Part shown: positions 12,901 to 22,070 of the stretch, piece after piece | Layout of the letters: the number at the start of each line of letters is the position of its first letter | Position numbering within the stretch: the first letter of the stretch is position 1 | NCBI GenBank assembly: GCA_963748215.1 | Contig: CAVVHS010000009.1 | Span: 1 to 64,000, forward strand | Direction of reading: 5' to 3' | Source of the DNA: an uncultured Gammaproteobacteria bacterium | GTDB lineage: Bacteria > Pseudomonadota > Gammaproteobacteria > UBA9214 | DNA length: 64,000 bases | The notes under the pieces: model-generated | The model's input: the letters and a program-made list of their open reading frames with translations, nothing else | What the model was told of the DNA's origin: nothing | Databases searched by the model: none | Position numbers and translations under genes: made by a program

Positions 12901-13066
12901 CCAGACCGCGTTCCTGTCGCCGATGGCGGTGAGCCTGGGTTTCGGCCTGCTGTTCGCCACCGCCGTGATACTGATCGCCATCCCCAGCTTCTACCTGATC
13001 GTCGACGACCTGCGCGAATGGAGCTGCACGAGGTACCGGATACTGTTCCCGAAGCCCGAGGCGTAG
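9914..13066 (+). CDS. RND efflux permease (AcrB/AcrD/AcrF family)
   Basis: 1050 aa, GLIVDDAIIV, RIRPILLT. Confidence 0.95.
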   Translation: MSLIRFSINNPLVTNLLLGIVVILGVLAWRAMPQEMFPTVELDAVSISVIFEGASPEEVERQVTIPIEEEFEGMPEIDEITSTSSEGATSILIKLKSGTDVDQYMRDAQTALDQVTDLPEEAEEPELVRVKARFPVISLSLYGEVSRGFLYEQADLIKERMAKLPGVASVGAAGDREWEIWVEVNPFELAAHGVSLNEVLAAVRGNLRDLPGGSLNAREGDILLRGKGVAPQPGDIGAISVRSNDSGGQLRLGEIAHIQLRLEEARTLGRFNGRPSVNLTVTKTVDASTIDVADAVRVFAAQLRTELPPTIEVGLFNDLSVYVKNRLNTVKSSGLVGLVLVLLSLYLFLNFRVALITALGIPISFLVAVVALFYLGYTINMVSLFAFLIALGLIVDDAIIVTENMYRHMEQGKPAHEAACVGAQEVLWPVIASTATTVAAFMPMFSIKGVMGAFIEVIPVVVSAALLGSLWEAFGVLPSHAAELLHAGKRAQKAGERSVDWSGLLARYIGWLRWALDNRYFVALFSTGLLVVTIIFAVTRVPFQLFDDVDVGQFFINAEAPQTYSLDDTARLAGLMEQVVLGTLDEQDLSTLLTNVGVSFIDFNRFQIGSHYIQLVVDLQKAKPEGIIERFISPLVSFDFSEQGSRTRPTEDIINELREKLSAVAGIQRISIQRPQGGPAGADIEVGVTGRDVRVLRDEATRMVEYLQRLPGVHDVRQNLETGKLEFQYSLNARGKELGLKQSDLADAVRTGFLGVEAVHVTRGNKRVPVRVIYPETIRHSSELAELPLVLGDGRLVYLGDVADITTGRGMNTISRRDTRRLGIVTADVDDNVTTPLEVTDLIGKEFGNIESRLPGYELLFLGEKKDAGESFSGMKDALLISAAIIFFILAALFRSLLDPLVVMIAIPFGSIGVVFGHLLFGYNLQFLSAIGFLALTGIVVNDSLILVDFAKRLRAEGLDRVEAMVQAGRVRIRPILLTSITTFLGISPLIFFATGQTAFLSPMAVSLGFGLLFATAVILIAIPSFYLIVDDLREWSCTRYRILFPKPEA

Positions 13067-13464
13067 CGTGAAAACCTCCCTCGCACAGCAACGCAGAGGA
13101 GAAATGCCGCAGAGGGCATGAGGAAGCAGAGATTCAGTATGCTACCCGGTACCGGGTGCATGACTGGATTCATCATTTTCTCACGGCATTTCAGGTTTGT
13201 GTCTGAACTGCCGGTTGCTGGCAAAGGTGTAAGATTGCTACCTTGTCATCCCGCTATCACCGGGCTTTCTATTGCCCCGTCATTCCCGCGCTCGCCGTAC
13301 AGGGATGTACAAGTGTCGCGAAAGGGCAGGATGCCTGTTAATGCGCTTAGCTGTGAACTGCATCAGTCGATCTCACCGGGCCTGACAGACGCATGGCTTC
13401 CGCCCGCAAACCGGGGTAGTATTTTCCCCACTTTCCCGATCACCCGCACAAGGCAATCCACCCC

Positions 13465-14451
13465 GTGCCCGAACGCCTGGAACAACTCAAACGCTGGCTG
13501 GAAGCCGAACTCGAATTCAGCGACTACACCCTCGCACCGGCATCGAGCGATGCCAGCTTCCGGCGCTACTTCCGCGTGGTGCACGATGGTGCGAGCTTCA
13601 TCGTCATGGACGCGCCGCCTGACAAGGAAGACTCGCGTCCGTTCATCCGGGTCGCCAGACTGCTGTTCGATGCCGGCCTGAACGCACCCGAGGTGCTCGA
13701 CGAAGACCTCGGTCAGGGTTTCCTGTTGCTCTCCGACCTGGGCAGCACGCCCTATCTCGGCGCGCTGAACGAGGCCAGCGTGGATCGCCTGTACGGCGAT
13801 GCGCTGGGTGCGCTGGCCACCCTCCAGACCTGTGCCTGCGACGGGCTGCCGCCCTATGACCGTGCACTGCTGTTGCGCGAAATGGAGTTGTTCCGCGAGT
13901 GGCTGGCAGGCAAACATCTCGGTATCACATTGAGTGATGCGCACAACGCCATGCTGGATGCGGCCTTCGCCCTGCTGGCCGACAGCGCACTGGCGCAGCC
14001 GCAGGTGTTCGTGCACCGCGACTACCACTCGCGCAACCTGATGCTGACAGCACGCAACAACCCCGGCATCCTCGACTTCCAGGACGCGGTGTGCGGACCG
14101 GTTACCTACGACCTGGTATCGCTGCTGCGCGACTGCTACATCGCCTGGCCTCGCGCACGTGTGGAGGACTGGGCGCTGGGCTACCAGGAGCTTGCCATCC
14201 AGACCGGCATCCTGCGCGAGGAACACGGGGACCCGGCGCAGTTCCTGCGCTGGTTCGACCTCATGGGCGTGCAGCGCCACCTCAAGGCCAGCGGCATCTT
14301 CGCCCGCCTCAACCACCGCGACGGCAAGCCGGGCTACCTTGGCGATATTCCGCGCACGCTCGGGTACATCACCGACATGGCGGAACGGCATGCAGCGCTT
14401 GCGCCGCTGTGTGCGTTCGTCGAAAACGAGCTGCTGGCGAGGTTGGGATAA
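13465..14451 (+). CDS. amgK: MurNAc/GlcNAc kinase (APH fold)
   Basis: ASSDASFRRYFR, HRDYHSRNLM, DFQDA, RDGKPGYL. Confidence 0.88.
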   Translation: MPERLEQLKRWLEAELEFSDYTLAPASSDASFRRYFRVVHDGASFIVMDAPPDKEDSRPFIRVARLLFDAGLNAPEVLDEDLGQGFLLLSDLGSTPYLGALNEASVDRLYGDALGALATLQTCACDGLPPYDRALLLREMELFREWLAGKHLGITLSDAHNAMLDAAFALLADSALAQPQVFVHRDYHSRNLMLTARNNPGILDFQDAVCGPVTYDLVSLLRDCYIAWPRARVEDWALGYQELAIQTGILREEHGDPAQFLRWFDLMGVQRHLKASGIFARLNHRDGKPGYLGDIPRTLGYITDMAERHAALAPLCAFVENELLARLG

Positions 14452-14532
14452 ATGTGTCAGAGAAAATATTTCTCGCAATTGTCGAAGATAGTGCCTGACA
14501 CCTTTTCTTTGCCTGATTGCAGCTTATTTGCA

Positions 14533-15354
14533 GTGAAAACGCTATCCGCGCTGCTAGCGTCGTTACTGACCCTGTTACCTGCCCTGGCTACACCGGCGGT
14601 ACGCCCCCTGTTTGACACCCATCTGCACCACGATTCGAATTCCGCCAGCCGGTATACGACACGGCAGATAATCAACGTCCTGGAAACCGGCGGCGTAACG
14701 CGCGCTGTCGTGACCGGTCTGCCCCCCGGGCGAGCGCTGCGCCTGTATGAGGCCGCTCCCGGGATGATCATCCCCCTGCTCGGTGTATATCTGAAGCCGG
14801 AAGACAGGCAGGACTGGACGCAGGACCCCGGACTACCCGCTCGGGTAGAGCAGCAGTTGCGTGACGGGCCGTGGCGCGGTGTGGGCGAGTTGCATCTGTT
14901 TGCCGGTCAGCGTCGCAGCCCGGTCTTTCTGCGCATCGTGGAGCTGGCAAGCCGGCGGGGCCTGCCGCTGTTGCTGCACTGCGATCCGGCCGTAATCGAC
15001 AGCCTGTACGAACACAGCCCTGGAGCGCGTGTCGTCTGGGCTCATGCCGGCGCCTATCCGTATCCGGCGCTGCTGGCAGACTATCTGGACAGGTATCCGC
15101 ATCTATATCTTGACCTGTCGATGCGTGATGCACGCATTGCACCGGACGGCGAACTCGACCCGGAGTGGGAACGTCTGCTCTGGCAATACACGGACCGCTT
15201 CATGGTGGGTGTGGATACCTTCAGCGTCGCTCGCTGGGAGGAATACGGCGCGGTCGCGACGCGCATCCGGCACTGGCTGGCGCAATTGCCGGAAGCGGTG
15301 GCCGAACAGATCGCTTATCGAAATGCAGTCAGGGTGTTTGCTGTCCCCGAATAA
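14533..15354 (+). CDS. amidohydrolase family protein
   Basis: DTHLH, GVGELH, WAHAG, FMVGVD; signal-peptide-like start at GTG. Confidence 0.8.
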   Translation: MKTLSALLASLLTLLPALATPAVRPLFDTHLHHDSNSASRYTTRQIINVLETGGVTRAVVTGLPPGRALRLYEAAPGMIIPLLGVYLKPEDRQDWTQDPGLPARVEQQLRDGPWRGVGELHLFAGQRRSPVFLRIVELASRRGLPLLLHCDPAVIDSLYEHSPGARVVWAHAGAYPYPALLADYLDRYPHLYLDLSMRDARIAPDGELDPEWERLLWQYTDRFMVGVDTFSVARWEEYGAVATRIRHWLAQLPEAVAEQIAYRNAVRVFAVPE

Positions 15355-15360
15355 CCAAAC

Positions 15361-15695
15361 ATGAATGTACTCTTGTATTCGACACTATTTGCGATGACCG
15401 TGAGCTGGATCATTTTCCGTAAAAAGCTATTGAGCGCAGTTGCTGTTATTCTCACCCTTATCGCATTTTTCCCCTTTATCAGGTCAATCATCAATGACAC
15501 GGTCAGGAAAGCATATAGTCTTCCTCATTCGGAATCATTGCAGTATTTTCTCTATTCCTGATCCGCAGTCTCGTTGCCATTATGGCGCTTGAGCGTTATT
15601 CAGTCGCAACGGTATTGTTTCCGGTTGTAATTGCCGCGGCGTGTATGGTGTTAATTGTGATTATGGTATACAGGAGGCATGCACTCACTGTCTGA
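15361..15695 (+). pseudogene. AT-rich small membrane ORF, frameshifted near 15555
   Basis: hydrophobic ORF 15361-15561; another frame continues hydrophobic (FLIRSLVAIM...RRHALTV*) to 15695. Confidence 0.35.
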
Positions 15696-15850
15696 GGGTT
15701 CAATAACATGATCAATGAAATAATCGCCTGGCAATCGTCTTGAAACGAACGATACAAAAGGCCCAGACTATCATTGATTTGTCAATTTTGAACCGAATCA
15801 ATCGAGTCTGACCCCATTGAAATGTTTCTTCGCCGGAGATAACAGACGCA

Positions 15851-16465
15851 ATGCGCAGCAAGGGAAGAATCACGTCCTGGAACGCTGCCAGGGGATACGG
15901 CTTCATTGCGCCTGCCGGCGGCGGGAAACAGGTGTTCGTGCATATCCGGGCCTTTGCCAGCCGCGACCTGCGCCCGGCGTTGAACGCGTCGCTGAGCTAC
16001 ACCCTGGCTGCCGACAGGCAGGGTCGTCCCTGCGCCGCAGACGCTGTCCTGGCCGGTGATCGTTCGCCACCAGTGGCAATACGCCGGACTGTTCCACTGC
16101 CGGTCTTGGGTGCAGCGGCTGTTTTTCATGCTGCTGGCAGCGGCTGTATTGATGGAGAAGCTCCCCGGCTGGATGCTTGCCCTGTATGCCTTCGCCAGCC
16201 TGTTCACCTTCCTCGTCTACGCCCTCGACAAAAACCCGGGAAAGGTACCTGGCGGACACAGGAGAGCACCCTGCATCTGCTGGCGCTGGCCGGTGGCTGG
16301 CCGGGGGCGCTCGTCGCGCAGCAGCAACTGCGGCACAAGTCCCGCAAGCGGTCATTCCGGTCCATGTTCCGGGTGACGGTGATGGTGAACTGTGCTGCGC
16401 TGGGCTGGCTGTCGACGCCGGCTGCTGCGGCCACGCTGCGCTCGTGGCTGTCTGTCATCGGGTAA
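15851..16465 (+). CDS. cold-shock domain + DUF1294 protein (two compensating frameshifts)
   Basis: KGRITSWNAARGYGFI..VFVHI and WRTQESTLHLLALAGGWPG..RHK; the TM segment (FLVYALDK) lies in another frame. Confidence 0.75.
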   Translation: MRSKGRITSWNAARGYGFIAPAGGGKQVFVHIRAFASRDLRPALNASLSYTLAADRQGRPCAADAVLAGDRSPPVAIRRTVPLPVLGAAAVFHAAGSGCIDGEAPRLDACPVCLRQPVHLPRLRPRQKPGKGTWRTQESTLHLLALAGGWPGALVAQQQLRHKSRKRSFRSMFRVTVMVNCAALGWLSTPAAAATLRSWLSVIG

Positions 16466-16597
16466 GGAGAGAGCGGCAATGTCAACGATCAGAGGGATTT
16501 GCCGGGCAGGCATTGCCGCTGCACTTGGCGGCCGGATCGCGTCGGTGCCCTTAATCATTTATCATCGCGGCAAACCGGTGACTACTGAGGGGCTGAG

Positions 16598-17782
16598 GTG
16601 TTAAGAGCGCTGACCGAATTTCTGCGGTTCGAGGCTGCCGGCGGTATCCTGCTGCTGCTGGCCGCCGTGCTGGCCATGCTGGTGGAGAACTCGGCGGCCA
16701 GCAGTCTCTACGACGCACTGCTCGGCACACCGGTGGAAATTCGCATCGGTGAGTTCGAGATTGCCAAGCCGCTGTTGCTCTGGATCAACGATGGCCTGAT
16801 GGCGATCTTCTTTTTCCTGATCGGCCTGGAAGTGAAGCGCGAAATTCTCGACGGCGAACTGTCCGAGCCATCCCGCATCGTGCTGCCGATGATCGCGGCG
16901 GTCGGCGGCATGGCCGTGCCGGCCGCCATCTATGCCGCGATCAACTGGGGCGATGCGGTGGCCCTGAAGGGCTGGGCTATTCCGTCGGCCACCGATATCG
17001 CGTTCGCGCTCGGCGTACTCGCGCTGCTCGGCAGCCGGGTGCCGAATACGCTCAAGCTGTTCCTGATGACGCTGGCCATCGTCGATGACCTGGGCGCCAT
17101 CGTGATCATCGCAATCTTCTACACGGCCGACCTGTCGCTGCTCTCGCTGCTGGTCGCCGCGACGGCGCTGGGCGTGCTGTTCGCACTGAATCGCTTCGGC
17201 GTGCTGGCGCTGGCCCCTTACCTGCTGGTCGGCGTGGTGCTGTGGGCGGCGGTGCTCAAGTCCGGTGTGCACGCCACCCTGGCCGGCGTACTGGCCGCGC
17301 TGTTCATCCCCTATGCGCGGGAGGAGGGCGAGACGCAGACGCAGCTGGAGAAGCTGGAGCATGACCTGCACCCGGCCGTGGTGTACGGCATCCTGCCCCT
17401 GTTTGCCTTCGCCAACACGGGCATCTCGTTCGACGGGCTGACGCTCGATTCGCTGTTGCACCCGGTGCCGCTCGGCATCGCGGCGGGCCTGTTCGTCGGC
17501 AACCAGGTCGGCGTATTCGGCCTGTCCTGGCTCGCGATCAGGGCCGGCCTGGCCAGGCTGCCGCAAGGCACCAGCTGGCTGCAGCTGTACGGGGTGGCCG
17601 CGCTGTGTGGTATCGGCTTCACCATGAGCCTGTTCATCAGCTCGCTCGCCTTCGAACAGGGCGGTCCCGATTTCGCCGTCGATGACCGGCTCGGCATCCT
17701 GGTCGGCTCGGTGGCCTCCGCTCTGCTGGGATATGTGATTTTACGTATGGCCACGCCCGGTAAGGTGCAGCAGGCGGGGTGA
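16598..17782 (+). CDS. nhaA: Na+/H+ antiporter NhaA
   Basis: [32 protein letters not shown]. Confidence 0.96.
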   Translation: MLRALTEFLRFEAAGGILLLLAAVLAMLVENSAASSLYDALLGTPVEIRIGEFEIAKPLLLWINDGLMAIFFFLIGLEVKREILDGELSEPSRIVLPMIAAVGGMAVPAAIYAAINWGDAVALKGWAIPSATDIAFALGVLALLGSRVPNTLKLFLMTLAIVDDLGAIVIIAIFYTADLSLLSLLVAATALGVLFALNRFGVLALAPYLLVGVVLWAAVLKSGVHATLAGVLAALFIPYAREEGETQTQLEKLEHDLHPAVVYGILPLFAFANTGISFDGLTLDSLLHPVPLGIAAGLFVGNQVGVFGLSWLAIRAGLARLPQGTSWLQLYGVAALCGIGFTMSLFISSLAFEQGGPDFAVDDRLGILVGSVASALLGYVILRMATPGKVQQAG

Positions 17783-17894
17783 ACGGCAAGGACGGCACAG
17801 GGAGTGCAGGCGGTTTTGCGTGGTCTCCTCTTCCCGTGTTACCGGCACACTGAAGCGGCTGTTGTCAGGACAGTAATGGGCGATACTTCCGCGC

Positions 17895-18557
17895 ATGCAC
17901 ATCATTCGAACCGGTCGCTGCAGACAGAAATACCAGTGGGTGTCCTGTTTTTACGACGTGCTGGATTACCCCTGGGAGTTGCAGTACCGCAGGTGGCGCC
18001 CGTCGATATTGAATGACATCAGGGGCGATGTTGTCGAAGTGGGCGTCGGTACCGGCAATAATCTGAATCACTACCACCCGTCCGTCCATGTGAAGGCCGT
18101 CGATATCAGTCAGAACATGCTGAACATGGCCCGCAGGAAAAGCAGGAATGCCGCCTGCCATATCGATTTTATCTGTGATGATGCCTGTCATCTCAACCAC
18201 ATCGAAACCTCGAGCTGCGACTGGTTGCTGTCAACTTTTCTTTGCTGTGTGATGCCGGATGCGTTGCAGCCACTGGCCATCGCACAGTTCGGGCGGGTCC
18301 TGAGAACGGGCGGCAGGTTTCGTATCCTTGAAATTGTCTATTCCGGGGATCCCGGGCTGAGGCGGCGGCAGCAGCGCCTGGCCTGGCTGGTCGAGAAAAT
18401 ATATGGCGCCCGGTTTGATCGTCATACCCTGGCATACCTCAAGACGGACGCCGGGCTGCGGATAACGGACGTGAAATTCCTGAAAGACGACACCTATATG
18501 CTGATCGAGGGTGTAAAAATTGACGCCGGACAGGAGGCAGGGCGCAATTTGCGCTAG
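17895..18557 (+). CDS. class I SAM-dependent methyltransferase
   Basis: EVGVGTGNN, VDISQNML, RVLRTGG. Confidence 0.85.
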   Translation: MHIIRTGRCRQKYQWVSCFYDVLDYPWELQYRRWRPSILNDIRGDVVEVGVGTGNNLNHYHPSVHVKAVDISQNMLNMARRKSRNAACHIDFICDDACHLNHIETSSCDWLLSTFLCCVMPDALQPLAIAQFGRVLRTGGRFRILEIVYSGDPGLRRRQQRLAWLVEKIYGARFDRHTLAYLKTDAGLRITDVKFLKDDTYMLIEGVKIDAGQEAGRNLR

Positions 18558-18611
18558 AATTGGCTCGCAAGACCGGTCAGTGTGCCTGTTGTTGCCAAGT
18601 GAGATGACCCC

Positions 18612-19136
18612 ATGAAACCCGTACTTCGTTTGTTGTTTCTCCTGCTGATCCTGCCGCTGGCCGCGGCCAGGGCCGCGGACGCCTATTTCGGCATGCAGGA
18701 CGGGAGCAGGGTAACCGTGGATCCTGACACCAATCGCGCCACGGTCACCCGCGACGGTGTGTCGGCACCGATGTGGGACGGCACCCACCGCCTGCAGGAC
18801 GGCTCTGTCCTCATCATCCGCCAGGGCGTGGTGGTGCCTAACGAGCCCGTGCTCGAGGCACGCGAACGGCCCAAGTCCGAGGAAGAAGAAGACTGGGACG
18901 TGCAGCATATCGTGGGTTACTCGCCCTGCGAAAAGCTGGTCCGCCGGGTGTGCGGCAGGAAAGACGAGTGTGCCGATACCGAGGGTTGCAACCTGGCCCG
19001 GCAGCTGCAGGACATGGAAGAGGCGGAACGCGACGAAAGCAGCAACCGCAGCCTGACCACCTATACCAGCGGCCGCTGCCGGCGGGTCGAGATGGATCCC
19101 GGGCTGTTCCCCGACTGCCGGCAGGATCCGCGCTGA
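18612..19136 (+). CDS. secreted Cys-rich hypothetical protein
   Basis: signal peptide; six Cys in the C-terminal half. Confidence 0.75.
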   Translation: MKPVLRLLFLLLILPLAAARAADAYFGMQDGSRVTVDPDTNRATVTRDGVSAPMWDGTHRLQDGSVLIIRQGVVVPNEPVLEARERPKSEEEEDWDVQHIVGYSPCEKLVRRVCGRKDECADTEGCNLARQLQDMEEAERDESSNRSLTTYTSGRCRRVEMDPGLFPDCRQDPR

Positions 19137-19179
19137 GCGGCACACAGTGCCAGCGCCGGTTGCCGCGACCGGATGCGGC

Positions 19180-19887
19180 ATGAATACGTCGACCCTGCAG
19201 CGGCTGCCGGACGGTATCGCCGTCGAAATCACCAGGAAGGATATCCGGACCCTGCGGCTCAGCGTGCATGCGCCGGATGGCAGGGTGAAGGTGTCGGCGC
19301 CCGTAGCGATGCCGGAGGAATTTATCAGTGCGTTCGTCCTCGACAGGCTGGGCTGGATCAGGAAACACCAGCTGCGCCTGGCTGTCCGTCATGACCCGCC
19401 TGCCTGCCGGTATGCCGATGGCGAGCGCCACTGGTTCAGCGGGCGGCGCTATGTGCTGAAGGTGATCGAGCGTCATGCACCTGCCCGGGTGGCGCTCGGG
19501 GATGACAGCCTGGTATTGCAGGTGCGCCCGGGCGCGAGCGTGGAGCAACGCCGCGCGCTACTCGATGCCTGGTATCGCCGGCACCTGAAAGCGACCCTGC
19601 CGGCGCTGATTGCCGGGCACCAGCCGCGCATGGGCGTGCAGGTGCAGGCGTTCGGGGTGAAGCAGATGAAGACCCGCTGGGGTAGCTGCAATCCCCGGGC
19701 GCGGCGCATCTGGCTGAACCTGGAACTCGCCAGGGCGCCGTCAGAATGCCTGGAATACGTTGTCGTGCATGAAATGGTGCACTTGCTGGAACGACGTCAT
19801 AACACGCGCTTTCATGCCCTCATGGACCGCTTCCTGCCCGGCTGGCGTGAGCACAAAGACCGGTTAAACAGCTTGCCGCTGCGCTAG
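19180..19887 (+). CDS. YgjP/M48-like zinc metallohydrolase
   Basis: KTRWGSC, YVVVHEMVHL..H. Confidence 0.88.
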   Translation: MNTSTLQRLPDGIAVEITRKDIRTLRLSVHAPDGRVKVSAPVAMPEEFISAFVLDRLGWIRKHQLRLAVRHDPPACRYADGERHWFSGRRYVLKVIERHAPARVALGDDSLVLQVRPGASVEQRRALLDAWYRRHLKATLPALIAGHQPRMGVQVQAFGVKQMKTRWGSCNPRARRIWLNLELARAPSECLEYVVVHEMVHLLERRHNTRFHALMDRFLPGWREHKDRLNSLPLR

Positions 19888-20562
19888 CCCGCATTTCTCA
19901 GCGGGATCCCGGAGAAGGCGAGACCGCGTAGCGGTCGAGAGACTGGCCTGGGCCATGCTGGCGCACGACTGCAGGGAGAAGGTGAGACCGGGTACCGGTC
20001 GAGAGGCTGGCCTGGGCCATGCAGGAGGTAGAGAAACGCAGGGAGCAGTTGCCGAGGGCTCGCGTGACCGGACGCCGCTCTGGAATGAAAGACCCACTCG
20101 AGGCGCAGAGCAGGGGCCCCGGCGTAGCCGGGGATGCGACCGCCGGTGGGCGGGAGATCGCTTCGAATACCACCGCGGGTCTTCGCTTCACCGGGGGTCA
20201 GATCCCCACCGCTGCGCGGCGGGGCCCCTCTTCCGCCCCTCGAAGCGATGCGGCCGTAGCTACCACTTGAATGAAAAGGTCGCTCCCGGCATCCTGCCTC
20301 CCGCGACGATGGACAGGAGTCCGAGTGTCGCGAAGCACAGGGATGTGCAAGAGCGACCACTTGAACGTGGTCAGGCCAGCTTCTCGACCGGTTCGCGGTC
20401 TCACCTTCTCCCTGTACATCGCAAGTACGGGTGCACGAGAACCAGCCAGGGCCGGGATAGGCGTCACCCAATAACACAGTGTTTGTTGACGAATTGTCAT
20501 CACTTTCATGATTTCAGTTCATTATGTCCGTCAACAGCCGCCCGGTGAGAAATGCGGGCTAG
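19884..20562. mobile_element. MITE copy 2 (long, 679 bp)
   Basis: same TIRs (one mismatch) with CTAG ends; internal direct and inverted module repeats. Confidence 0.85.
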
Positions 20563-20732
20563 TGACGGCACGGCCGTGTCGCCTGGCCGCTGTCGGCATC
20601 ACAGAGAAAAAAAGAGGCGGCAGCTGTCAACGAGACCGCCGCCCCCGGAAAACATCCCTGTGGTATTGCGTGCAGGGGAAGCACGCACCATTGTCTGCCT
20701 TGTACAATGGCGGGAGGAATCGTGCAGTCCGG

Positions 20733-20984
20733 CTATTCCTGCTTGCCCGCGGCCGGCGCAGGGATGCTGTAACCGGCGTATTCGCCGCGATTCAGCCGGC
20801 CGTCGCCGTCCCGGTCCAGTACCGCCATTGCAGAGTGAAATTTGGCAGCGCCGGCCTCGGTCATGGTCAGCGTATCGTCCCGGTCGACATCCAGCTCGTT
20901 GAACCGGATCGGCGCTGCTGGCTTCCGCGCCGCACAGGCCGCGGTTGCGCCAAGCAATACCGTAGTCATGATCAGTTTTTTCAT
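20733..20984 (-). CDS. small secreted EF-hand protein
   Basis: signal peptide; DVDRDDTL and DRDGDGRL loops. Confidence 0.7.
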   Translation of the reverse strand: MKKLIMTTVLLGATAACAARKPAAPIRFNELDVDRDDTLTMTEAGAAKFHSAMAVLDRDGDGRLNRGEYAGYSIPAPAAGKQE

Positions 20985-21349
20985 TCAATGCCCCTGTTGA
21001 TTGAACGCTGCGCGGCCGCACGGGCAATCCTAAGCAAGGAACGGGCCAGTACAGGAGAAATCCTCATTGATTCAACAGGCGACGGGAGTCGGTGCATGCA
21101 GCGGTCCTGGTCCTGGGCGAAAGCGCGTATTCTGTCGCGTCCTGACGACAGGTCGCATCGACAATGTCCCGATACGCCCGCAATTGTGTGCGGAGGACTG
21201 TCTCCGCCTGGTGACATCTCGCGCGTCGTGGCCCACGACTATATCCAAGCGAATGTTTTTAAATATAAATTTAGATGATTAGCATATCAGTTGATGCTGT
21301 TGTACCTTGTCGTTCTCACCGTTAACCGACCTGTCGCAAGGAGTGTCCC

Positions 21350-21994
21350 GTGAGCATTGCCGCCGCCATCGATCACCTGAACAGCCTGTTGCCATTGAAG
21401 GACCGGCAGCTGGCCCTCGACCCGCCCTTGCGCGCGTTGCACCGGGACATCCTGCGCGGATTTGCCGAGGCCGGCGCGCCGCCCACGCGCGCGCAGATCG
21501 CCGCGCGGCCCGGTCTCGGTGATGCCGATGCGGCGCTCGCGCGCCTGGCCGGCGATGATCTCATTGTGCTGACACCGGACCGAAGCGGGGTGGCCGGCGC
21601 CTATCCGTTCACGACCGAGCCGCGCGCGCATCGCGTGCAGGTCAACGGACATGCCGTGCACGCCATGTGCGCCCTGGATGCGCTCGCGGTCGCGCCGATG
21701 TTCGAAACCGGCACGCACATCGACTCGCGATGCCACGTCAGCGAGCGGCCGATCAGTATTCGCATGCAGGGTGCGCAGGTGACAGACGCGCAGCCGGCCA
21801 GTCCCTGGGTCGGTATCCGCTGGCAGGGTACCTCCGGTTGTGCGGCACGGAGCCTGTGCATGGAGATGGTGTTTCTGTACGACCGGGCCACGGCCGAGGC
21901 CTGGCAGCAGGAAGACCCCGGGCATATCGAGATATTCGACCTGCCGGACGCGGTCGAATTCGCCGCGGCCTTCTTTCGCCCGCTGCTGGACTGA
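21350..21994 (+). CDS. alkylmercury lyase (MerB)-like protein
   Basis: N-terminal HTH-like part, AYPF..H, MCALDAL, SRCH, CxxxSLC. Confidence 0.75.
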   Translation: MSIAAAIDHLNSLLPLKDRQLALDPPLRALHRDILRGFAEAGAPPTRAQIAARPGLGDADAALARLAGDDLIVLTPDRSGVAGAYPFTTEPRAHRVQVNGHAVHAMCALDALAVAPMFETGTHIDSRCHVSERPISIRMQGAQVTDAQPASPWVGIRWQGTSGCAARSLCMEMVFLYDRATAEAWQQEDPGHIEIFDLPDAVEFAAAFFRPLLD

Positions 21995-22070
21995 CCCGGC
22001 CGGGGCGGCGGCTTGTCATTGTGCGAGCCGCTGACATACAGTTGCTGCTTTATACAGAGCGTGTCCCGCC

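Noticed and set aside
19864-20548. Several ORFs across the long MITE as a transposase
   Set aside because: No DDE or HUH motifs, and the same peptide fragments recur in the other copies because they are repeat-derived.
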